Shown piece by piece: positions 1 through 12,206 of a stretch of 34,184 bases of DNA; the first letter of the stretch is position 1; each line of letters starts with the position of its first letter. The stretch spans positions 1 to 34,184 of the forward strand of contig JYFJ02004163.1 of the NCBI GenBank assembly GCA_000934665.2. The letters are read 5' to 3'. The notes beneath the pieces are model-generated. The model worked only from the letters and a program-made list of their open reading frames with translations. It was not told the origin of the DNA and made no database searches. This DNA is from Catajapyx aquilonaris. Lineage: Eukaryota. The position numbers were made by a program, and so were the translations under genes.

Positions 1-70
1 GCACTACAACATAAGCAGCTTAGGCCGAATTTGTCAATAGCCGTTCGGACAAAAAAGTTGGACCACCCTG
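1..70. mobile_element. Probable right end of a Tc1/mariner-type MITE truncated by the window
   Basis: ...AAAAAAGTTGGACCACCCTG|TA is the reverse complement of a TA|CAGGGTGGTCC Tc1-like terminus. The partner TIR is not visible. Confidence 0.35.
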
Positions 71-159
71 TATGTTTATATACTGTATGAGCTCTTTCTA
101 GTCTATAGGCTATTGAGTCACATTAATCCCTAGCATTTAGAGGTTGGTAAATCTCACTT

Positions 160-640
160 GAAGATCATTTTCTTGCAAATGTCTCAAGAAATAGGTTGGG
201 TGATTATAAGGAGAGTCTCTGAAACGACTACCTGCCAAGTGAGACGTGCTACCGTGTTCCGCAAGTAAACAGCATACAGTATCCCATTCCTGTCTGCAAG
301 GTGCATGTCCACGATATGTCAACCTGCTGACCTAAAATGTCGATTATGGAAGAGTCCCTTCTGTAGAACCGGCTTTGCAATGGCTCTTATTATACGTGAT
401 GTTGCATCACTCAAATCGGGCGACTGGTTATGGTCAGGTCACCTAGATGGAAAGCCCTTGTTTAATACAGTCAGAAAAATTGAAAATGCTCACATCATAC
501 TCTATTCCTATACCGACTGCCTGATTTCATCCAGCTGCTTGAACTACGATATCGATATCCCGCAATTCATTCATGTTGAGAGAACACTTATCGGAATACT
601 ATCACTTTTGAGATACTGTAGATCGCTTTGTACTACTGAG
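160..640 (+). pseudogene. Decayed Penelope-like reverse transcriptase fragment
   Basis: Colinear motif remnants across frames: YRVPQVNSIQYP (about YGLPKVHK..P), LDGKPLFNTV (about sLDv.sLFTnVP) and DFIQLLEL (about i..LLelcl). Contains stops and frameshifts. Confidence 0.4.
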
Positions 641-797
641 CCTTTCCGCCAGATATTGATACCTAATGTTATCAGACACTGACGTCTAGCATACAATCAG
701 TGTTAGAGTGAGTTCGAGTCCAGCTCCGCTTCACATGGTGCCACTAACAATAACCTGAGTGGACATTAATTAGTATTGTTCGCGTTTGCTCGAATTT

Positions 798-940
798 GGG
801 AGCGTGGTGGCCCATGGCTTAGCACTTTAAATGCCTCCTGCGGGCTATAGGGCCGGAGGAACCGGGCTCGATTCACGGGCAAGGCACCCATGTGTGAAGG
901 AAGGTTGGGTCCCCTTCCATGCATTTAGCCCTCATGCGTT
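798..940 (+). mobile_element. Degenerate tRNA-derived SINE head
   Basis: GGGAGCGTGG start, A-box-like TGGCCCATGG (808-817) and B-box-like GGCTCGATTC (865-874). The end is approximate. Confidence 0.45.
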
Positions 941-1811
941 ATGGAACATTTTTAGCTGGCGAGGCACATTTCCTGTGACATTTACGTTTCAATTACAAAT
1001 GGTGCCGAAATTAATGAACCACGCAACGGACTCGGCGCTAACTGGTTACTTTGAGTAAAATCCACGTATCTATCACAAGCGGTCCGTTAACTATTCACTA
1101 GCAGTTTGTCCCAAAAATAACCTGAAAACCGCGCTTATTCAGGTGTCAAAAATCGCATCCGCATTTCATTCAACTGATTTCGTCCCCAGCACATTTTGAT
1201 TTGATGAGAGTGGATACGGGTCTAGACTTGACCCCGGCCTAACCTTTCGCCAGATTCCCCATGCCGCCCACTCTTATGGGGAGCTCCAGGGAGCGACAAG
1301 CGCGGGGATTTCCACCTAAGTGATGCGGCATCAAGCCGCCCACACTCCCCTTCTCTTGCTGAGGTGGAAAGGACGGGTCTGTAGGCTGCAATGTGTGTTG
1401 CATGCTGCAGGATGTATCCAATATTGCCCAAGATGATGTGGCAAGACGGGTGCTCAGGTGCCCTCAAGTCAACTCGTTACTTGCGTGTGTGGGCGACGAA
1501 AGTGCAGAGTATAATTATATAGTATTAGCCTCGCCAACTGATGATTCCACATAATGAGTATTATGTCCCGTCGAATTCAACCATTTCTCGCGGGGATTTT
1601 CAGAAGAACGCGAAGGAATGCCATTCTGATAAATATGACGTGATAGTTGGAATTGGCTTCAAGGCCGCCACACAGCTGTTCATTATTCCTGCTTTTGTTA
1701 CAGTTTTCATACAGGTACGGTATATTTCTTTTGTAATCGCTCTCTGCCGCTGAATTATGTGGCTCGTGCATGAAGCCAATAACATGCGAGTTGTTACTAT
1801 GAATAAGAGCG

Positions 1812-2485
1812 AAAACATTCTATTCAGTGAAAAAAAGGGTAGTAAGACCTACGTGGCGGAATGAAAGTACTGAAACAAGGCAGGCGCACGTAAGACCTTC
1901 ACCAATTGATTTAAGCTGTACCATAGGTCTTACTCGAGCAATTTACAATTTTCTACTCATGAAGTCCCCTTTCTGAAAACAATTTGTGGAATTTTCGTCG
2001 TCCTACTAGCTAGTTAGGCCTACTTCTAACTTAGCAGTACTGGTACCAGAGTAGTGCAATGGTACTGCTAAGTTAGCAGTAACTATAGTTAATAGTAGTA
2101 CGACGAAATTTCCATCCATTAATTTTCCATGAGCCACTCCATATAAGTGATTTCTGAAATTAGGAACTTCAATATTAAGCACATTGAATTTCTATACGAT
2201 TGGTGCGAATTATTGCCATGAAACATTTATGCAGAACCAGCAACTGATTTTAACTCAAATGTTTAATTTTTCACATGTAAACGTTAATTGGTGAATTTTA
2301 GAGGGTCTTTTTCAATTGGATTCTGCATTTTCAGGAGCGAAAATTTCCAAGTCTATGAGGATAGGTTTAGTTGTTTTTTTTTTCTTTTTTTTTCTTTTCA
2401 AAATAAATCCCTGCCTACTGCTCTGAGTAGTTTGCAGAGGTAATTTTTACGAGCCGTTCCATACAGTACTTTAGAATTGCTTGAG
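1812..2485 (+). mobile_element. MITE family A, copy 1 (right TIR almost entirely missing)
   Basis: Colinear, high-similarity match to about 31597-32265, for example the shared GGAATGAAAGTACTGAAACAAGGCAGGCGCACGTAAGACCTTCACCAATTGATTTAAGCTGTACC. Similarity stops at AATTGCTTGAG, 11 nt into the right TIR. Confidence 0.9.
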
Positions 2486-2876
2486 AGGCGGTGTTCGGAA
2501 GCCACAACACTTGCACCCGGTCGCGAGTTGCAGGCCATCGGCAACGAGGGATAAATAGGGTACAGGCAGGCCGTAAAGGTCCGCCATCTTTGATGGTTTT
2601 GGCATGACACTTCACGGCAAGAACACGCGCGAATTTGAATATTTTTGCCGTATGAGCGCCTTTAATGCATTTTTCTACGTATTAATTCCGTAAGTACGGC
2701 AAAAATATTCAAATTCGCGCGTGTTCTTGCCGTGAAGTGCCATGGCAAAACTATCAAAGATGGCGGACCTTTACGGCCTGCCTGTACCCTATTTATCCTT
2801 CGTTGGCCTGGCCTGGCCTGGCGCTGGCCTGCGACTCGCGACCGGGTGCAAGTGTTGTGGCTTCTGAACATCGCCT
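2486..2876. mobile_element. Foldback/palindromic non-autonomous DNA element
   Basis: Arms 2486-2652 and 2695-2876 are near-perfect reverse complements around a 42-nt spacer. The right arm has a (GGCCT)n expansion. This explains the mirrored ORFs in the track. Confidence 0.9.
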
Positions 2877-3064
2877 TTTGGCTGTATTTTGACCCTGCTA
2901 ACGTGGAAATTAGCAGCGGAGGTGATGTTATCTCAACACTATAGGCCAAGCAGAATTAGAAAATCCAAAAAATTTCAAAATTCCGGTAAGAAAAGTCACT
3001 TTGGTTGTTAGGGGCTATCGCCTCTAAAATGAATTGTACGAGTTATGATACCTTTGTGGGAATG

Positions 3065-3239
3065 CAGTAAAACCTCGATATAACGCTCCCGCATATAACG
3101 CTTTCCCGCTTTTAACGCCTATTTTCCCGGTCCCTTGATCATTTCCATGCGGTAAATTTTCACGCATCTAACGCTATCCCGCTTGTAACGCTATATTTTT
3201 GGGCGGTCCCTTGAATAGCGTTATATCGAGGTTTTACCG
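3065..3239. mobile_element. pogo/Tigger-like MITE (Tc1/mariner superfamily)
   Basis: TIRs CAGTAAAACCTCGATATAACGCT / AGCGTTATATCGAGGTTTTACCG (1 mismatch). TA on the right, TG on the left. Repeated internal TAACGC motifs. Confidence 0.85.
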
Positions 3240-3470
3240 TATTTTAAAGACGCACGTTGTTCTCTTTTACGATGGTAGCGGCTGATATTTTTCTGTCGAT
3301 TTAAGTGGAATGCGCTGGATAAAACTAGTCTTCTCTCAGTTGTACTTGCGTGTGGGGTATCAGTTTCATGCACGGAACCGAAAAGTTGCAATAATACGAC
3401 CCCCAATTCGCATGACTTGTTTAACTTGAGTCCCCGCCCTTTGAAGTGTACCCTATACATTCTTGTACAA

Positions 3471-3528
3471 GTCGTCGTCGTCGTCGTCATTATCATCATC
3501 ATCATCATCATCATCATCATTATTATTA
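3471..3528. repeat. Compound microsatellite (GTC)n(ATC)n(ATT)n
   Basis: Directly visible. It produces the poly-M/T/I/V runs in the ORF track. Confidence 0.95.
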
Positions 3529-5569
3529 GACCTATAGTTATTGATGTAATTGATATAATAGCAGTTTCAGAAATCAGCAATCATTTTTGGCTTCAACGTG
3601 ATGTTACGGCGTACGGCAACAATTAAGATAAGATTTTGTCAGAAATTCCAGTCACGCTTGTATGAATCTGTCACGTTAGCTCTGACATGCATCACTGCTT
3701 TAGAGAACACATTGTGAAACGGCAAATATCATCCATGCAATCCCTGTAAAAATTCTGGCATAATGTGTTATACAATTGCAACCGGATAAATCTTGGGCCG
3801 AATATACCTGAGATGAATGCTTTAGCGGGGAGAGGGAGAGGGGGGTGGGGAATGGGGGGGGGGGGGAGAGAGAGAAGCTGCTGCACCGCATCCGGACACA
3901 TTATCGAGCGTCACGCGTCTTCATTTTCGTGGCCCGGGAAAAGGGGGAGCTAAGCCCCACCCTAATCACCGCATGCTAGCATCACTGCGGCACAACCGTT
4001 TGCCCTCCACCGCCATAACATTTTTTTTTTTTTAAAAAAAAAAGATCACTCAAAAACACTGTTTACAGGGCTGGATGCGAACAGGCCACGTTTTAGGGCA
4101 GTATCCTGACAAATGGCTGCGAATGTGGCGCCAAAGACGCGGCTGCACGCACTCTATTCAGAGTCAAGCCACCTCTGCTATTGGCTAGCTGCTCACGTTG
4201 GAGTTTATGCTTCAGGAATTTTCACTAATATGTAACAATCAATATCGAATATTATTACACCCTGGCTAAAAAATTATTTTGGTTATGTTTTGCTTATACT
4301 GCGATTTACAGGTTGGAGGAAAATCTTTGACAATGCCCCATAGTGTGAACAATTTATTACAAGAAGATAGGTACAGAGGGTTAGAAATACATGACGCGAG
4401 TACTCTGGTGCTGTTGAAGACAGGGAAGGACTTCTGTGACGGCGTGTGACATGGTATGAGAGACAGCTAGAAGAATTTAATGCCAACTGGAAGGAGTACC
4501 GGTATCTCCAGGAAGGTATTTTGAGTAGGCCCCTACTTGGGACTCGAGTGGATCCATTATGTTTAATTTAATTATCGCAGTTTGTCAGAACGCAAACTAA
4601 ATACTGAATATAAATGGATCACAGCGTGATAATATTTTACCGATCCGTGGCGGATTCTGCGCCGTGGAATGAAGCAATCGCTAATTGTACAGTAGTACAA
4701 CTGAGCCATGATATTGGAGTCCGTATTTACCGATAGAATCGATTAATATTGTCACATGAAAATTGAGTTCAAAATTGTTTTTCACCGGTCACAAAACTTT
4801 GGCCGTCAAGGATATATGCAAAATGGAACTATGCCTTATCACATTGTAACTCATCCACATATACCGTACCAGACTTATTTATTTTCTTTCCAATTATCGA
4901 TGAAATTATTAACAGTAAATTATTTATTCATTTATTTCAATGAATAATTCAGTTTGCTGAATTTTACGATTACCTACAGTATGTTTCCAGTGAATAGGGT
5001 CTACTGTTACATAATACGACTTATATATCCTCATATACAATGGGGCTTAATGGATGTCAAGGTCCACTCTTGATTAAAATACATAGAAATACATTAAATA
5101 TCAGGCTGGTAAATATCACACTGGGTAGGTTTGCAGAATTATTACAGAGCCAAAGAAGTGAGACTCGACGAACTGACGATCACTTAAAAAGTTCAGACCT
5201 GAATTTTAAAAAAGCCAATTAGCATATCTATACTAGCAACTCTCATGTAGTAGGAGAGTAGAGTAATTCCCAGTCGCGCTCTATGGCTCTCTGTATAGGG
5301 TGAAGAGAAAAAGTCTGGTAACAATGGAACTAAGTTTACACCGGAAAGGACCAGTGATCTACTTTCCCCTGGGGAACCTTGAACCCACGCATAGCAGGTA
5401 GGGCCGGAATATGTGCGTTTCATAAAAAGAGATCATCATGATTAGGCCTATGTGGGAGAGCCTTCGGAGCCCTGGTCGCACCCAATTTACGAGGGCGAGT
5501 CGATGTGTTTTGAGCCTAACACAGGATGACAGGAAGACATGTTTCACGATCACCAATTTACTATGACAT

Positions 5570-5850
5570 TAACACCGAACTCCCCTGATTTAAATGTGCT
5601 ACTGTCATCAGTGCTCCAACTTCTGCATTTCTTGCACATAAAAATCTCCACTCTACCCAATCATTCATGACACTAACCACCTCATTGTCACTGGAGTAAT
5701 GAGTCCCACGAAGAAGGTCTTTTGAGTTTTGGGAAAAGGTGGTAATCAAGTTTGGAAAATGTCTGGAGAAGTTAGAAGCCACAATCGTGAGTAGCAACTT
5801 GCACAATGAGTGAGAGGTGGGCTGCAGGCTGTGGTATTGTTGTCACACTT
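5570..5850 (-). pseudogene. Decayed mariner transposase, C-terminal part
   Basis: Across frames: PAAHLSLIVQVATHDCGF*LL, DYHLFPKLK, LRGTHYSSDNEVVSVMNDW and DFYVQEMQKLEH. This is colinear with mariner DNAPAH.S...GFELL..SPDLAPSDYHLF..LK..L.G..F....EV...F...GI.KL..RW. Confidence 0.75.
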
Positions 5851-6589
5851 CGGGGGTTACCTTTCCGAATTCTTCGTATTACTCAACTCCCATTGATTGA
5901 CCTACGCATTTCATATTTGTTGTTTTCTTCTCGGGTGGTCAAGGCCCGGTGGAAGTAATATTCCCAACCTATAATAAAATCATGGTCACACGGTTCTGTA
6001 CAGCTGCACACGAATGTCGTGAATATAAGCTTATCTGACGGTACCAAAATAGTGAGGCTTATGGTCTTTAATATCAATTAATTAGGGTTATGAAATATAT
6101 GCCGCTTGAGAGGGGACAATGACAGCAATGCCTGCAAAAGTTCCATATTCCATAAATAACTTAATCACCCGCTATAATACACGAGGCGACTCACAATCCC
6201 CTGCGTTATGGCGACACTGTTTGAAAAAAAACGGGAGATAATTATGAAGATCTGGATTATCCGATAGGACGATGTCATTAGCAAAATTGCAGCCATTATT
6301 AATGCTCTGAGCAGACAAAAATGAGGACTAGACTGACACAGAGGCGCGAGAGAGAAAGATGTAGAGTGCCCTTATATTGAAATCATGACGAAATATATTC
6401 TCAAATAATGACGAAAATGTGACTGTCGCATGTACGTACTTTTGCTATAAACGTGTACTCGCCTGCACACTTCGCGATACTTGACAAAATGCAGGATAAT
6501 AATACTGCAACCCATATTCTTAAAACGGCGACAGGAATTTGCTTGCAACTATTTTTACGCTAGAGAGCATTTCATGACATGTTCCATGA

Positions 6590-6930
6590 GCCATATGTCC
6601 AGGCCATAGAAAGTGGAAGGCAATGATGGCCTTCATTGCGTCATTGTAGCATTCATCCGTACACATTGCACCCAAGAGTATTTTTTTGTGAGGACTTACT
6701 GAGTTAACTACTGGTTCATACCATGTGATGACAGAGCTACAATTTTCCATACAAATATATGATAATGAATCATCAGAGCATCGCGTGATATTGAAGAATT
6801 TTTGGCCATGCCAAGGTCGTCCGACTGAACAAATCCTGACGTTTGTTTCTTAGTTATCCTGAGGAAAGAGTGTAGGGTATCAACAACTTCGACCAATATA
6901 TTGCCGTATTGAACAATATCGTCATTAATG
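6590..6930 (+). pseudogene. Decayed PIF/Harbinger (HARBI1-like) transposase, C-terminal half
   Basis: Remnants VQAI..*WPSLRH (about WPGS.HD), RDIE/IFGHAK...LNKS...LSYPEERV (about IER.FG.LK.RFRCLDKS...L.Y.PEKV) and AVLNNIVI (about C.LHNIA), in the expected order with stops and frameshifts. Confidence 0.5.
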
Positions 6931-7054
6931 AAGCATGCACTGAATGAGATGCGTCAGGCATAACAATAAGCAGAGCCGCATTCGCCTGTGACTATGAGGT
7001 CACTTTCAACACATGTTATAACGTCACCTAGGTAAGCATAAAACAATGTGTATA

Positions 7055-7502
7055 CACTGTACTGTACTCCCGATTATCCGGGCTAATGGCTGCACGGGTA
7101 TCGCCGGATAGTCGGAAAACACGGATAATCGGGAAAAGGGTCCTATAGACACAGTCAAAATGAGCTATGCACAGGTTTTTAATGTAATACTGCTGTACAG
7201 AGTGCATGCAGCTTGCTCTAATCAAAATCATCAAACTTACCACAGATATTTACTTTGCCTTCTAAAAATGTCTTACATTTCTTCGTTGGCGAGACATACT
7301 GACAGTGGGTCAGTTTTCGTCCCACTGCTAGTCACTGCTAACTTAGCATTTATTGGCATTGGTATTGGCCATACTGCTTTGTTACCTTGCAGTATTTAGC
7401 AGTGGAACGAAAATTCGATCCAGTTTTTCGGACTTTCATTTTAAATTTAATTTTTTGGCGATACACGGAAAATCCGCAACACGGATAATCGGGAGTACAG
7501 TG
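7055..7502. mobile_element. pogo/Tigger-like MITE
   Basis: TA|CACTGTA(CTGTA)CTCCCGATTATCCG ... CGGATAATCGGGAGTACAGTG|TA, with an internal repeat of ACACGGATAATCGGGA. Confidence 0.85.
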
Positions 7503-10500
7503 TATAACACTATATTTAATCCGCCAATTCTACAGCCAAATATGTGGGTTGCATTTTAAACTGATCATCCTGTGAATTTAACGGCATACCAGTAATGATA
7601 ATGATCCGTGAAATATCTTGGTAGATTGTCCTCTGGTGTGCAAAAATCAAAGAAACTCTTCATACTAATGAAATTATGCGCAGGGTGTGATGGATGACAT
7701 TAGTTACAACCTCCTTTTCTATAATAAAAGTGTACCGTTACATCATAATTCTCGTGCCCATCAGCACATCCTCTTCATCAGTTGTGGATTGACTGAGCAA
7801 AGAGTCATAAATGGAAAAAAAAAAGTTCAGTCATATGTCGACCCATAAGTTATCTTCGTGATCACATTTTAATAATAGCTATTAAGAAAGTTCCCATTAC
7901 CGGAATATGCGTAATTCTCTCACATCCATTACACCCACGTACTTTTATTTTTTAAGGCCAACTGCGTCATTATATTGTTCAGGTGGAGAGATTTACCTGA
8001 TATCACATTTTCTCTATATCTCAGTTTTATATCCAGTGCAGATATGAGGTTTGCGCAGGCGATCCACAGTTCCTCTCTCGTAATGACTGTAAGTCAGAAC
8101 AATCGTTTCTCACTTCGGCAAATGCCAACTCTCCAAGAAAAGGCCATAATGATGCCACTATATTTTGATCCGACATGCATTGTGCACCTACGTATACCAC
8201 ATTATCGTATACGGCTCTCCGGCGCTCATAAGGCTTATTTTGGTCATAAAGGTTCTTCCCATACCATTCAGAATCAGAATGTGATGCACACAGAATTACA
8301 GCTCCATTACTGACAATGGCACATAGTCTAAATGAAGTGCCAATTAGATACTCGTATATATCGGTACTCGACTATCAAACGAGTCGCAGTGGAGGGCACA
8401 GCTCGCCGGGGAATAAAATTAATGTGGAATGAGAATGCAGTGGGTGGGTGTTTTTTTAAATTACATCCGAGCACCTGAAATGCAGACCGAGCCGAGTCAT
8501 ATTTGAGTCGAATTTTAGTTAGGAATCGTATAATATGGTCCATAATTCGTACGTTCTGGTGATCATTTCAGTTTTCTAATAGAGAAAGTCCCCTATAGAG
8601 AAATGTTAGAATGCAAGAGATTATACTTAAGGCCTAAAGCGGGTATTACACCGCTTAGATTACACACGCAACTTTCAATTTGGACGCACCTCATTCGAAT
8701 CTCAGAGAGATGTATAATTCGTGTCGTTCCTGTCAATCAAGTTTCTCTGGTCTGTTTTAGCCATGGTTTTAGCGAGAATTGAGTTGCCTCGCGAGTTCCC
8801 CCGTGTAATCGAAGTTACGCAACATACGCGAACTTAAAACCATCATAGCTCGAATTCAGTCAAATATGACTCTGATAGTTTTGCATTTGAAGTCTGTAAC
8901 TGAAAAACCACAAATGTTACTCAACATGCCCGAATATAATGCATTTTAACAGCCCATTTGCATCGGAAAGAGATTTATTTTGCAAAAGATACGGCACTAC
9001 AGATGTATAAAATTGGCCCGCTTGCTTTCCACTGGGCACGACGGAAGCGAGTCAGAAACTTGAAAGCTGGATATAATAAGATCAGATATGGGAAGAGGAA
9101 AGAAATGAAGCAATGGAAAGCAAGGTGAATTGGGATGTGGGTAGTGATGTAACCCAATGGAAAGCAAGATTGGCACCCAATTCTTCACCGCGACTGAAGA
9201 GCACGTGTGTATATTGCGTGAATAAAAGCGAATTGACGTGCCCTTTGATTTCCTGCTGATTGCATCATATCCACCCGAACCCAGAAGATATGGAACCTGA
9301 TGCAATCAACAGGTGGGTAATGGGTTCCATCTTCCTCCTTCCTCCCTCGGGACTTTCCAGACAAAGGAGGTACCACTTGGATCAAGTCGGGTCCAAATGA
9401 GACGGCACCGTAATCCCATCTTCGATTTGCCTCCTACCCGCATCCTTACTTGCCAACTTACATGCCTAAGGAAGGCCTCTGGAATGCCTGGCACTTTGGG
9501 AGAAAAGGTATTGGGGAGGGGGGACAAGGGAGGGGGAGGACCAGGAAAAGGGGGAGGTGGAAGGGGGTAAACCTGACATCAATCACGAGCCTCAATTGCA
9601 TATCACCAGGATAAAAGGGAAGTTGTCATTGCTTTGTGTGGTCCCCCCCAAGTTTGATTACACTCAATGCGAGTAATAGAGGATGTCAAAATATAAAAGA
9701 GATCATGTCTAGTTTGGTGCACCAGATCAATCTGCATCGTCTACTTGGCCAGACCAAGGTGACAAATCAGTGGCAGAATGGTATATAGGTCTGGCAAACT
9801 ACCGCGACCAGAAAAGAACGGGGCTCTCTCGCTCAACTTGTCGAGCGCGCGAGTGATTCAACAAGCCTGCGTGAAGCAAGCACTCGATTCGCATCAGACC
9901 AAGAATGGATTGGTCCATACACTTTGGCACAACCTATCTACGAATCACTCCCAGGAAGTTACAAGCTGGCTTTCCTTCTCGCTTGAGCCCCGCTACCCGC
10001 TACATCGCAGGCTCATCACGCGCCTGTTGAATTTCTCGCCCGCTCCCAAAGTTTCCATGTTAAAATCGCAGCGATGCAAAGTGGTGCAGTGTGTAGGATC
10101 CATACAATTCTCCTTCCTTCCTTCCTTCCTTCCTATGGCAGCCAGCTTCTTTGGGACTACTGCAGTAGCTAGCTAGCTGCCTCCATGCCCGCCCTGCCTT
10201 TCTCCTGGCTGCATAGCCACCGCAGTCAGCTTTACAGATAGACGAATCGATCCTGTGAGCGAGCGCTTCGATCCGTGCGCGGCTATCCCGCCAGCTGCGA
10301 CACTAGGTAGGTAGAAAGGTAACCGGGAATATGTAGCTAGGTAATTAGATAGATGGAGGTATTTGGCTCGACATGCACATAATCAACTGTACACATCAGC
10401 CATATTTGCACTTCAACTAGAGTGACACTGTCGATGACACGGTCTAATAAATGACATGCGTGCACGCCTCGCTCTATGATCCAATAGTCGACAACATGCG

Positions 10501-12089
10501 TAACTGCAACGTGAAAATAAAATTTCCTGCATTCTACTTTCAGATCTGAGGCATCAATATTAAAGAAGTACGGTACGTTCTTTTAAAGCGAGGTGTGGCG
10601 AGTGGCGTGTTGCCACTATATGGAGCGATGCAAACTGAACCTGGTGGCATGAAAATTGCATGCTTAATTTATACAAATTGCATATTCTCGCAGATGTAGC
10701 ATACTATGCGTCAGCACTGTTGCCCATGGGATGGCTAGCAGCGCATCATCTGTTCCAATCATTTTAAATGCTGGCAATATGATTGTATCCATAACCATTA
10801 ATAGCACCATTCATAACTGCAGCCAACAAAACGCGCTTTTCGTGTACATGTCGAGTGGAAACGTGTACAATGCATGATCCAATTATTCTTCGGGCAATTT
10901 GGCATTTAGACCTCTAACAATTGACTATCTGCAAACCAAATACTGCCGTATTGAACATTCAGGTGTACAAAGTTACGTCCGCAGTTGATCTTCCCTAGGC
11001 TGGTGACACAAGAGTAGCGAATTCTGCCATTCTGGTTCTATCGTAATATTGTTATAATTCACTTTGTACCCGCTGGGAGGTCCGCCCTTACCTTTATACA
11101 TCGCTGTCTGGCGATAGAGCCGGGCTCTTCACAGCTAGAGTACTGTTGAAAGTGAATTTTATACTCAGAAAAATGCACCCAGTTTTTAGGGGATCCTATT
11201 TGGTAGTCAGCATATCACTTTCCCGTGAGATCAATGCATGCCATAGGGCCATAGAAAGGCACTTCCAGACCACCGACTATAGTCATGTTCTGCGACGCTG
11301 ATGGCTCCTCACGTTCAAAAGTGAACATTTGCGTTTTTCACGTGGCAGTTAGACGTCAAATATTGCCGCATCAGTTATTGTAATCAATCTAGACCCGTGA
11401 TGTAAGTTAACCACGCAATTAGAAAGAAACAACAGCACATCCACCTCAAACCAAATAAGACAAATGCTGACGTAACTTGTTCTTCGTCCGGAAAAGCTTT
11501 GTCCTTGGAATCAATTCTGTGACATTTCACTCAATTGTTCAATGAGACTCGTACGGCTTCAACGAGCTGCCTCGACAGTAGCGGAAAATTTACAAATGCG
11601 AATTTACGCCCACCCTTACCCCTCCCCTTTCCCACCCAATTCTCAGGGCTCGGCCCTTGGTTAAATTTGACGACATATATATGCGCCTCAACATAACCTT
11701 CCCACTCGATTAGAATGAGGCTGACGCATGCAAGCCATTGAGAATGATTATCACAAATATAATAATTGAGCCTGCCATTAGGTTGTTTCGCATAGAACAT
11801 TTCTAAATTATTTTATTAACATGGGCGGCCTGACATTTCCGGCGAGTTGCTGCTAATGTGCAGGCCCTACCCGAGACCACACATTAGCAACACTATTATG
11901 GCCTGCAGGCACAAACGTGTCAATTAGGACATTAATTAAAATGCAACTAATTTCACTACATTCAACAAGGTCACGGAATATGAAGGGCGCAATGTATTTT
12001 TCAATGGGACCTGCTTTTCAGGAAGCTAGAGGACACTGTTAAATAATAGCAATAACTAAAGTGACTAGGCCTAATCTATGAGCACTTAA

Positions 12090-12206
12090 CCCTGATACGC
12101 CTAGAGTCCTATATATAGGACACTTGCACAATAATTGTCAGAATTTTAGTTATCATAAAATATATATTTTTTAAATTCGACAAAAAATCATTCCGGCATA
12201 TCTGCG
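12090..12206. mobile_element. piggyBac-like MITE (old)
   Basis: TTAA|CCCTGATACGCC ... GGCATATCTGCG|TTAA: imperfect TIR (9/12) with TTAA on both sides and a subterminal palindrome GTCCTATATATAGGAC. Confidence 0.5.

Noticed and set aside
2398..2949. Mirror-image ORFs (MKCH.KTIKDGGPLRPACTLFI on both strands)
   Set aside because: Artefact of the foldback inverted repeat.
3221..3626. ORFs with poly-M/T/I/V runs
   Set aside because: Translation of the compound microsatellite.
3728..3760. Minus-strand TTTTTACAG followed by sequence reading GIAWM, resembling my recollection of the fly Pkc53E insert (..GYAWM)
   Set aside because: No GT donor at the required position, and the frame is incompatible with the phase-2 exon 1.
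7560..8330. Possible decayed hAT transposase C-terminus on the minus strand (NLWV, IEKEV remnants)
   Set aside because: Similarity too sparse to call without a frameshift-aware alignment.
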